Origin: Pseudogymnoascus verrucosus
Lineage: Eukaryota
Direction: 5' to 3' (one strand)
Length of the DNA stretch: 64,000 nt
Assembly (NCBI GenBank): GCA_001662655.1
Contig: KV460216.1
Positions 48,798 to 60,366 of the stretch are shown piece after piece (position 1 is the stretch's first letter; each line of letters starts with the position of its first letter). The position numbers and the translations under genes are program-made. The notes beneath the pieces were generated by a model. The model saw nothing but the letters and a program-made list of their open reading frames with translations. It was not told the DNA's origin and did not search any database.

Positions 48798-49667
48798 GAC
48801 TGCTGGTGTAGTGGGTTGTAGGATCTTGTGAGGGTCCTTCTTTTCAAGGTCTCAGGATCAAGCGGTTATGATCGTGATTCCGTCGTCGCCATGAGGTTTC
48901 CGGCTGAGGTTTATCGAGTCGAAATGTTATAGGAGTAATGGCCATAAAATATATGTCCTCCATCACAAAGTTCGAGCAGGTACGTCAGCCTTTGGTGGGA
49001 TTATAGTGTGTTGAGACACTTGAGGTCTCACGGAAGGCACGTATGGCATGTGAAAGAAGAAGCGTTGGGATGCTACCCTGGTAGATTTATTCAACGAATC
49101 ACGTGCCCGACTACTAAATATGGAAATTTTCTATCGGAGGCTCTAATCTTGGTGCTTTTGTTGTCAACACTGTCGATTTTGATGTTCGGCAGTACTGGAC
49201 TCCTAAGACCCTTGCTCTGTCTTTCCGCCCCTCATGCTTAATTAACGTGGCATGGCTCTTGACACCCTCAAAACTCCACTCGCTTCCTATTGCCCTCTGA
49301 TAGCCTTGCCAGCCACTGTCAATCTCTAAACTCTATCTTGGATATCTATGCATACTCCCATATCTCACATATCTGGAGACCGTTATGCACTGGAGAAATC
49401 ATAGTTATCATGGGGTGGTGGCCTGAGCAAGGCAGATCATCCCTTCCGAGTTAGCTTCACTTGTAGAATATCTCGAAGGTGAAACACGGTTCGGATCGCA
49501 TTGACCAAAATAACTTAAATCAGACCTCAAGAATTCCTCCAAACGCGTGAATTGTGTCCACGCGCAGACTAGATCTGTAATGAAACACGATAACAGGAGT
49601 CCCCTCTCGTATATAAAAGAGAATAATTCCGTCAAACTCATTATGCGTCATCTTGAGTCTTGAACTC

Positions 49668-52328
49668 TTATTCGGCAGCCGCAACTGGTTCGTCAACAGA
49701 CTCCATAAAGATATCAAACCCAATATGCCCTTTCGGATCCAAGTATCGGACCGCGCCCGTAGATTTGACAATTTTATTGATCTTCGTCATATCTTCGTCG
49801 GCGAGGCGAGAGAGTGCTCGGTTCTCTACCATTCTGTCCTCTTGAGCTGTTATGGGAACAACAGACACACCACGCTGGAGCGCCCAGGAAAGGAGGACTT
49901 GGGCAGGTGATTTGCCAATCGATTTTGCAATTTCAGCAATCGTTGAGAGGGTTAGCTGGTAAAATTATCAAAGGTAGCGGAGCTTATTGTGGGGTCCAAG
50001 AGAGGACCGGGGCGGTCTGAATTTGGGCCGACCGGGGCGACTGGGCGGCCTCCGAGGGGCTGGTGAGCGGTGACGTGGATCCCCTCGGCAAAGCAGAAAT
50101 CCAGAAGCTCCTGTTGAGGGAAATATCTAACAACGTATTTAGAGAAATCCCCCGAGTATGGCACAAATTAGGGGTTGCATACTTACGGGTGTATTTCTAC
50201 CTGGTTTACGGCAGGTCGGATCCGTGCAATTTCAAGGATTCGCTTTGTCTTGAGGATGCTGAAGTTTGAGACGCCTAGTTTCAAGAATTAATAAAGCTTG
50301 TGATGTGATATCGCGGGGAAGAGGTTGTCCTACCTATCAGTCTCGTCTTGCCACTATCCACCAACTTCTCCATTGCTTGCCAAGTTTGCGGGTATGCTCG
50401 CGACAGCTCGAGGTCGATTACTGGCTTTGTATCTTGTTAACACACGCAGTATTTAGATTGGGTATTTTAGTGCCCTACTTTTCCATTGGGATGGCGGACT
50501 GTACTGTGATTTGGACCTGCGGTATATGCATGGGGGACTGACGTGTTTGTTAATTTATCATCTGAAGCAATATTAAATGGGAAAACCCACAATGCATCAA
50601 ATGTAAATCCACTGAAACATTCGGGGTATTCGTTAGCTATCGTTGAGTTTCTGTTGTCGGAAAGATTGCTTGTGCTTACCATAATCGAGTTGCAGGGTCT
50701 TCAAACTTTGGTCGAGTGCTTCTTCCACATCTGAAGGGTTATGCCACGTCTGAGCTCTGAGAGACCCATCAATATAAGATGACTTTGGAAGCCATTGCTG
50801 GGAAGGAGTAGATATCTTACAATTTAGTGGTGACAAAAATCTCTTTCCGAGGAATACCGCTTTCCTTGATGGCTTCGCCGACTTCTTTCTCGTTCCCATA
50901 GGCCAAGGCAGTGTCGATGTGTCTGTAGCCCGCCCGTAAAGCATTTAGCACAGCTTTCTTGACTTGGCCATTTCCGTCGCCGCCCTGGAACGTGCCAAAG
51001 CCTACTGCTGGGATAGATATATCGTTCACATCAAATGAAGTAGAGAGAGCTTGAGCTGTTGACGCAGCTGAGATGCCCTCCACTTCCTCGTAGCCATTTG
51101 GATATTTTGCAATTAACCTCTTCATTTCATCTATAACCCTTAGTCATAATCAGTTACTAATACAATAGGCAGATAGATAGGATGCATCACAACTCTCTAT
51201 AGCTCAACTCTCCCGGAAATAGAGCTGCAGCATGCAGATTGAAGCGTATTGAATACAGGGCATTTCGGTCATCAAAATCATCCACGGGCTCTGACTTCTT
51301 CATGTTCAATTCGTATGCAAGGAAATAGCTTCTGTCAAATTTATTCCGCCCTGGTCGCCAATTTCCAAGCTCGTCTAGAATTTGTTAACAATACTAACTG
51401 GAGACGCGGAGAGATCTTTCCTCACATTCATTGTGCGCGTAAAAGCTAGAGGGGTCATATACCAATGGACAACCAGTTTCGGAATCTACGGCAGCATTTC
51501 CATACCATAAATCGCCGTGGACTAGACACGGCTTGATAAATCGCCCGTTGGACTCCATAGGCCGGAGAAGTCTTGGAATGACTTTATCTATCACAGCTGA
51601 TTTGAGTTTTTCCATTTCCTCCCATGGTCCCCCACGGTCTATGTTCAAGGTTAACATATGCCTAAAGCCACTGACGAAACATTCTTCCCAAGTATCAGCA
51701 TACCCATTCTCCTGGGGAAGATTCCCATTGTATGTTATCACATGGAAGCCGAATTTTCCGTTTGGCGATTGGCTCTTGGAGTGCAGTTCGGCCACCTTTG
51801 CGCAAAACTCGAATTTCTCCGGGAGATCTGGTCTTAGTTTATAGAATTTGCAGATATAGTAGTGGGCGTTTTGTATTTCTTTGAACGAGCCCCATAGAAT
51901 TGGCTTGGGGATGAAATCGGGTACGACAGAATGGATTTTTGACGTAGATTCAAATTCTCCATACAATGCAGCCCTCCCTTGCTCGCCAATTGATACCTAT
52001 TGTCATGTTAATATAGCAATGTAAAATGTATGTCTTAATGCTAAGTTTATCGCAAGATTTTGGGGTTCTTCGAAGGTTGATTTACCTTCATGAAATAGCT
52101 CTCATCTTCCCCAGCGTCATTCTTGCTGTCAACCCTATAAGCCGAAGCCCAGAGCGAAGAGCCAAGGCTACTGACGCCTAGCGGCCGCTGAAATAGTGGT
52201 ATCTCTGATTGAAAAGCATAAGTAAATGATCTCAGATATGCTACGGATAAGTTGTGCAAACCAGAAACCACGTCAATGTTTATCGTGGGACTGTTTTCTT
52301 GCATGTTCAATCTTGACGTTGATTCCAT
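49668..52328 (-). CDS. Fusion of fructosamine/ribulosamine-3-kinase (FN3K family) and aldo-keto reductase
   Basis: Kinase: [82 protein letters not shown]. One exon (50821-51138) encodes both the kinase C-terminal helix and the AKR start. The last junction (49941-49987) is non-canonical. Confidence 0.8.
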
Positions 52329-53158
52329 GCTTTGTGACAAACTAATTATATTGTTCCAGGTGTCTCGATGTTTGAATATATCATGAGTCGAACTCTATTC
52401 AGCGGATTTACTTCAACTTATGCGGAGTTTCGGTTTCGGTGTTGGAATCTATTTGGCCTCCCCCCCCACACTATGTAGTATGCTGCGGCGTAACTAACCA
52501 ACCTCGGCACCTACCCATCTGTTGTAGGCACGGATACTGTTGAATAAATATATCGAACCGAAATAACCTTTCCAAATGTAACTAAATTTTACACAGTCTA
52601 GAATTGCCTTTAGCCGAACATTCAGAGGAATACTGACACTATTTGTCCATAGTTCCCACCACAGGTAACCGCTTCGACATAATAGCGTATTAGCCGCCGA
52701 AGTAAACCCTCAACTGAGTCTGTGCATGATGGATGTTTCAAGTTGGCGGATAATTTATAATCCATTTGACGATTGCTCGCCTGGTTGGCGGTTGAACGAC
52801 ATGTTATCCACTTTCCTGCATAGCCATGCATTCGGCATGCAGGCTTGACAATGTACTGCACTGGAATCGCACACCTACAGCCAACAGATGGAGCGCAGAC
52901 GTGGCAGACAGATCCTACATGAGGTCCTGAAATCGTATTTTTAGTATATCTGTTGATAGGCTGCGAGGCTCGGCAACTTGAATGAGTGACCGTCAGATAC
53001 AAATTCATTTTCTCTGTCGTAATGTCCCAATCCCACGTTAACGTGCCCTCTCATTTATTACCTCAATACCTCCTGTCAGGTATATGGGATTCTTCCGCCG
53101 CTAAACCACTGTTCGGGACAGAGGACGGAGCCCCATTTGCGCCGTAACTCAGGCCATC

Positions 53159-56100
53159 ATGGATCGCGTAAGTCAAATATATGCCTTAATTATTATTACG
53201 CAGAGCCTTACCAGATATTAGTTTAGAAGGCATCCGGCGGTGGCGGCATCCCCAGCAAAAAACCCTGACCACATAGGACGATCAGTAATAGGAGCTTTGC
53301 AGAGAATTGGCCTTTCTCATAAAACAAGATCCAAAATAGAAGAAGCTTTAGATACCCCACAAGATATCAAAGGGCCGCTCGGACTTAATCTCATCCATGA
53401 CGTCCCAAAGCCTCTAATAGACTTTATTTTTGTCCATGGTCTCGGTGGCGGCTCTCGGAAAACATGGTCTATGTCACCCGATCCAATGCATTACTGGCCA
53501 AAGGAATGGTTGCCACTAGATCCTAATTTTCGCCATGTACGCATACACAGCTTTGGCTACAAGGCAGATTGGGATGAGAGGAAAGAGAGCACACTGACAG
53601 TCCATGACTTTGCCCGATCTTTGCTAGGCGAGGTTAAATGCAGCCCTGATATCCGTGGAAATAAGGTATGCCCGGAGCAAGCATTGCCGTGGTTATGATC
53701 TGATTATCCAATAGACGAAAATTGTCTTCGTTGCACATAGCATGGGTGGAATTGTCATAAAAAAGGTACGCCTTTCATGCTGCTATAGGAAGTGGCCTAC
53801 TGATTGAAAATGGCCCAGGCTTATCTACTTGCTCGAGAAGACCCGCAGTTACGAGACTTGACTCGTCGTATCCACAGTCTTTATTTTTTGGCGACACCCC
53901 ATCGAGGTTCTCACTTAGCAAAGACATTGTCAAACATCCTCCAAATATCCATTGGACCAGTTTCCTATGGCGCAAAGCCCTTTGTTGCAGAATTAAACCG
54001 CACTTCCGAAACGATCATTTCTATCAATGACAGTTTCCGACATTTCGCAGAAGATCTTCAACTCTGGTCGTTCTACGAAACAATCCCGAGCACAATCATA
54101 GGCGTAGATACAATGATTGTCGACAAATCATCGGCCACCCTTGGCTATGCAAAGGAACATTCATCACTTTTAAATGCTAATCATCGTGGTGTGTGTAAGT
54201 TTGATTTAAAGACCGATCCAAATTATCAGACACTTCGCAGGTCTTTCATTACCACAATAGACTTGATTTTATTAGAAGGTAATGTAAACCTACATGACAA
54301 ATAAGGAACGGGGACACTTCTAATATTTCCCAGCTTCTCAGGCTTCGTCTGACGTCTTAGAACTGCAGCGACAGCAGCTCATAAAATTCACGGGGGTGGC
54401 TGAGCCACCCATTGGGGATCTATCAACTCTAGAAAATATACGAGTTGCCGGTTCTGGCGGGTGGCTATTGTCCAATGAAGTCTATATCTCCTGGAGGGGA
54501 GATGAGGACGCCAAGCGACGCATTTTTTGTCTTTCTGGAAAGCCAGGTTCGGGTAAGTCTGTTTTGTCCAGCCAAGTAATCACCGATCTTCGAGACCGCG
54601 AATTGAAATGCTGCTTTTATTTCTTCAGGCGTGGCAATGCTACAAAATCAACAATTTCCGGATGTCTACGATCTTTAGCTTATCAAATGGCAAACAATGA
54701 CAATACGATACTGAAGAGATTATGCGAATTTAAGCAAGAATCTACTTCGTGGGAACAGTGGGATGAAAGGACGATTTGGCAAAAGTTGTTTCTTGGGTGC
54801 ATATTCAAAGATCACAGCTCAAATATTCACTTCTGGGTAATCGATGCTCTAGATGAGTGCCGTTTTCTTCCACTCATTCTCTCTTTATTCGCCGAAATCC
54901 CTCAACACTTAAGGATATTCATAACCTCGGGCAAGTCTCCTGAGCTCGACAACTGCTTGGCCAACATCACGCATTTTACTGAGCACTACCAAGTTAAAGC
55001 TGTTGATACACTTAAAGACCTAGAAATCTTTATTGATTCAAAAATACATCTTCTTCCTGCTAGCGACGAGAATGGGCAGCGGCTTTTGAAGCAGCGAATA
55101 CTTGCCAAAGCATCTGGATCGTTTCTATGGGTTTCTTTGGTAGTGAAAGAGCTACAGCAGGCATATTCAGAGGAAAGCGCCGAGGATATTCTGAGCGATT
55201 TGTCGACAGATATGAACGAATTCTACGCTGGGATGCTAGAAACCGTTTCCGCTAAAGGCCTTCGCACTACGACACTTGCAAAGGCCGTCTTTATGTGGGC
55301 TTTATTGTCATCTCGCCCATTGAAAGTTGATGAGCTACAACTTGTGATTAAGCTGGATATAAACCAGACTGTTCACAATCTTAGAAAATTCATTTCTGCA
55401 ATATGTGGCCAGCTGTTATCCGTCAATCAAAAAGATGAGGTTGAAGCTATTCATCAAACCGCCAAGTCATTTTTGTTACAACAGCATAATTTGCCTAACC
55501 TTAAGCTAGAGCAAATAAGTAGCCATACTCGAATAGCCCAGATATGCCTTCAAATCTTAACAGAAGACATGCAGCAATGGCAGACGAAAGGAGGCCTAAA
55601 AGATGTCACAAGGGCACAATTCCTAGAATACGCTTGCGAGTATTTCTCAGATCATATCAATGGATGTTCATCACAGGATCCAACCATATGGGATGCCCTT
55701 TTGAAGTTCTTAGACAACAATCTTCTTTTATGGATAGAACATCTCGCAGAAAAGAGAAAGTTGGGCCATATTACGCAAACTGCACATAATCTGCAAGCAT
55801 ACTTGCAGCGCCGCATCAAATGTCTGCCACCACTATCTCCACCCACGGAAAGACTCGAAGTCTGGATAACAGATCTAATTAGACTCAGCGCAAAATTCGG
55901 TCCAAATATTGATATTTCACCATCGTCAATACGTGACATAATCCCACAAATGTGCCCAGTGGAGTCTCTCATTTCGAAGACTTACAGATCTACTCAACCT
56001 GGATTATGCATAAAGGGGGAATTAGACGATATTTGGGATGATTGCTTGGTTAGAATCCACTACCCGACTCATACAACCACCGCAGTCGCCTATGGAAAGC

Positions 56101-58127
56101 ACTATATAGCGGTGTCAGCATCGGATGGCACTATATTCCTCTATGATAAGGAGTCAAACTACGAAAAATACATGGTAGACCATGGCGAAAGGCCAAAGGC
56201 TATTATTTTTAGCAGCAAGGACGAATACATGGCTTCGAGCGGTCTACGAAAAGTGAAGGTCTGGGACACGGCAGAGAAGACCCAAGTTTGGAGTTTTGAT
56301 ACGGACCACGAAGCCCTAACTCTTCTTTTTATTGACGACAATGCTACTTTAATTGCCGCCACTAAAGGCAACTACATAATCACCTGGGGATTACTTGATG
56401 GGACCGAAATAGAGCGCTGGCAATGGACGGACAGCATACACAGTACAGCTCCCTTTCCAAATCCATGTCAGGTACCAAGAAAGGCATTATTCTCTCCGGA
56501 TTCTACAACCTTGATTGTGAACTATCGTGGCCTTCCGTTGTATCTTTTTGCTCCGAGAACAAGGAAGTTTATTGGCTGTTGCAGCAGAGAAGATATCAAA
56601 CTTTTAGATAGCCCTAAAAGTTTCGCGGATTACAGCGTTGTCGATGCACTTGCCTTCAATCCAAATCCAGAAATCAACAATTTAGTTGTGTCATATGGAT
56701 TTGGGGAGATTGCAGTTTACGATTTGCATTCAGCTGACCTCTGCTTTCAAATTCCAGAAGTGTATGCTCACTACCTCGCATGCTCACCTAACGGTCGCAC
56801 ACTCGTTACTGGGAGCGCCTGTGGCACAATTAAAATATTTGAAATTTCGGGCACTAGAGGAGAGACCCTTACATCTATATACAAGATTTGTCCTCATGAA
56901 GAGGGTATCCAAGGGATTGTATTCAGCAGCGACGGCCTCGGTTTTGCTGACATCCTTCGTTCTCAGCTTCGTATCTGGAAGCCAGCTGTGCTTTCCTCCA
57001 GTAATATGAATGAAAGTGGTCAAAGCGAATTTAGTCAAGCAAGTACGCTAGAGCCACTAACTGTCACCATGCCTAAGCATACGCTTGAAGCAGAAGTCAC
57101 GGCGATGTGCTTTCACCCAGATGGGGATTTTGTCTTCTGTGGAAAGCAAAACGGGGTCATTGCCTATTTTAAGACAGCTACTGCTACTCAGCGTGGGATT
57201 CTATATTGTCATTCAGCAAACGTCAGAATAGTTTGCATCGCCTACATTAAGGAGAATTCTCTTCTTATTACTGGGGATGAAGCTGGCCGTGTGCTTCTAA
57301 CAAACATCGATGTTTCACAGCTTGAGTGCAAAACAGGCTCTGAAATCGCGGAGATACGTTTAAAAACTCCGCCGCTAGCTATACTCGTGGCACAATCTGG
57401 TTCTAGGATACTCTTCAGAAGTAGGATTTCGGCGGAGGTATGGACCACAAAAGCCGAGAAAGTAGGTGCTACAATACATCACGAGAGTGACGACAAGATG
57501 AACATTGTGAATCATCCTGTCCTAACAGGGAATTTTATCGTTATTGACCACAAAAGCATGCGAATTTATTCATGGGCCGATTCGCTACAAGCAAAACTAT
57601 CCACCGACGAGACAGCACAAGCATTAAACTTCAATGTCACTCGTTTTTCTCAGCCTTTCCAACACCCAATCCAAGATTGGCAAAATGAACAAAAGTACCA
57701 GCAGTCTTCTCGATTCATCGCACATCTCTTCAATGGAAGCGCCCATTCTACTTCTTATTCCGACTGCACCTCACTACAAGTATGGCCAGCCAACAACATC
57801 TCCGTTTTTGATTCGTTCCCGTCGCCTATTTCTATCCCGGGGTTCGATAAGAACTCGAATAAAATCTTGCAGATTATCAGCGTCGCTGGGAATCTGATAT
57901 TATTCCTTGACAAAGATTTTTGGGTTTGCAGCCTTGACATGTCGAGAATCACGACAAATGGACATGGCGTGAAGAGGCACTTTTTCTTGCTTTCGGAGTG
58001 GCAGAGAAATTATGAGGGGTTTATCATTGAATATCTTCCTTCGAGATACCAGTTTGTAGTGGCAGTGAATGGCGGTATAGTTATCATAAGTAAGGGATTG
58101 GAACTTGAGGCGCCTTGGTTCTCATAA
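53159..58127 (+). CDS. Fungal NLR: SesB-like alpha/beta-hydrolase + NACHT + WD40
   Basis: FVHGLGG, AHSMGG, ATPHRGS, NHRGVCKF; Walker A GKPGSGKS, Walker B VIDALDEC, SGSFLWV; WD-like C-terminal repeats; four 5' introns. Confidence 0.9.
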
Positions 58128-58155
58128 ATTGGAAGCTTCAATTTCACTACATATC

Positions 58156-60238
58156 TGTTCCGGCCCAACCACGAATAAGTGGTATTCGCGAATACGCTGG
58201 CCCATTCGCGAATAGGCTGGCCCAACCACGAATAGGCCAACTACAAATAGTAGAAGAGTATAGCAAATTGAATAAATTAATAATCTAAACACTATTGCCA
58301 ATAGTGTCTGCTCTTGCCCGCTTCCGCTTTGGCTTTTCTACTAAAGCTAATTCCGTACGAGTAGCTAGGCCTGATAAGTTGCCACAGTTATGATCATCAT
58401 TATGACAGTGAACACTACACTGCTTAACCTCCTTATAACAGCGGCACCTCTTTGTACTACACTACCCTTTGCATTGACATGATATTCCTACCCGTACACT
58501 TGTAGAAGCCTCTCTAGCTGCAAGCCCTAATCCTACCTGCTTTGTAGAATTAGGAATTTGAATATCAGACCATAGAGCCTGCTCTACAACACCAAGTGAT
58601 TTTGTAGGTATAAGGCGTTGTATAATACCAGAGGCTGTTATAACCTGATACCGGTGTAGGTAAGGCTCTTTTAAAATGCGTGCAAAGAGCCTCTTATTAT
58701 CAGTTGAGGTTCTATCCTCCCGTAGAACCTTTATAGAGACTATATCCCCTACTTTAAAGTGCTGTATGTCATGCTTCTTAGTGTACTTGCGTACCATAGA
58801 AACCCGTGCTCTTTGAGTAGCTGCTATAGCCCGCTCAATTATAGGGTCAGGTGTAGCTCGAAGCTCAGTCCTAGGCTGAGCTGGCACCAGAGCCCGGGTC
58901 CCACGACGGAGCTCAGAATGAAGCTGCTCTTGCGCTCGCTCAGAATTGAGCGAGGGCGCCAGCTCAGAATTGATCGAGGGCGCCAGCTTAGAATTGATCG
59001 AGGGTGCCAGCTCAGAATTGAGCGAGGGCGCCAGATCAGAATTGATTGAGAGCTCTCGCTCTTGCTGAAGCTGTAGGTCAATTTGAGCTTTAGGCTCAAG
59101 CTGGCTCTCAAAAATTGGTCCCATATTAGGGTCCTCCTGCTCAACTCCAATTGAGAGATCCTTCCGGGCCTGGCTATTAAGCCAGTCAATATGAGAGTTC
59201 CTGTCTCAGAACAGTAGCTCGGCTGGTGCGCACCTAATTGTAGAGTGGATTTGGGTGTTCATTGCAAGCGTGACCTTAAGTAGCCTATCATTCCACTCTG
59301 TAGACCCATGGTCCATTTTCCATGCTCGGAGCTTTGCTTCTACAATTCCATTTGCCTACTCAACTAGGCCTTGCGTTTGAGGTGACCGTGGTGCTCCATT
59401 TACTACTTAAATTCCATACTTTCATAGTAGGATAAGTAGAGCCCCCTTAAATTCCTTCCCATTATCAGCTTGCATAATCTTAGGAGGTAAGAAAGCTGCA
59501 ATAAAGATAGCAAAGCAGTCTACAATCGGCTTTGCATGCTTGCTCTTTAATGGATATAGCTGTGTATATTTTAAGAAGTGATCCTTTATATGTAGAATCC
59601 ACTTATATCGTCCTGACAGCTCGTGGCGCATATCAATTAAGTTAATTTGAACCCTTTCCTATGCTCGGCCTGTAGTAATAGGAACTAGAGGAGCTTTTGT
59701 AGTAGCAGGTCGATTTAGTGTGCAATTTTTACATCGCTTTACTATAAACTCTACTTCTTCTCGCTTTAGCCTATAGTATTTCTGTTATAGAATAGTCTAT
59801 GTTTTTGTCCGGCCTGCATGTAAGAGCTGTAGATGTTCATTAACAATAGTGTCAAATGCATCACTCTCTAGAACGACAGATCGTGGGCTCTAGAACTTAG
59901 AGTTAGGCTTCCGGTAGAGCTTATTATGTATAAGCATAAACTCTGTTTGAGCTCTATGCTTTAGTCGTGACTCTACTTGAGTTGTAGGCTTTAGTAGTGG
60001 GTTCTGAAGATAGAGTAGTAATTGTTGATATTTTAGGTAGTCTAGCCGCTCTCTATTAACATAGCTAAAGCTATGAATATAGGTCTGAAAGGCCGTGCGA
60101 ACATCTTGAGGGAATGGATTAATATGGGCAATAGTAGGATCCATTTTAATAGTTAAAGGTTAATGTTATGATTCTATCTACAATATCCTATAATACTACC
60201 CCGCGTATTAGGCAGCTATTCGTGGTTGGGCCGGAACA
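58156..60238 (-). mobile_element. Ginger-type DNA transposon (integrase-like DDE transposase), full length, RIP-inactivated
   Basis: 22-bp TIR TGTTCCGGCCCAACCACGAATA; 4-bp TSD TATC (58152-58155, 60239-60242); frame 60144-58285 with HHCC, QADNGKEF, PQTQGLVE and a C-terminal Cys cluster; at least nine in-frame stops and no frameshift. Confidence 0.88.
58936..59050. repeat. 24-bp tandem repeat within the transposase
   Basis: CAGCTCAGAATTGA(T/G)CGAGGGCGC, about 4.5 copies; encodes S(I/L)NSELAP. Confidence 0.9.
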
Positions 60239-60366
60239 TATCCACACTTCGTTATCACGATGAGATAACCTGGTTATGTACACTTATCATGACAGATATA
60301 ATCATCAATTACACCGTATTGGGAACGACACTCCACACGTAGATACCTATGACCCCTTTTGATATA

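Noticed and set aside
49942..49987. AT-AC reading of the last AKR intron
   Set aside because: Splicing AT...AC leaves an extra G and an immediate GAT TGC TGA stop; there is also no U12 ATATCC donor.
58156..60238. LTR retrotransposon remnant
   Set aside because: The ends are inverted, not direct, repeats, and the single frame has no gag, protease, RT or RNase H.
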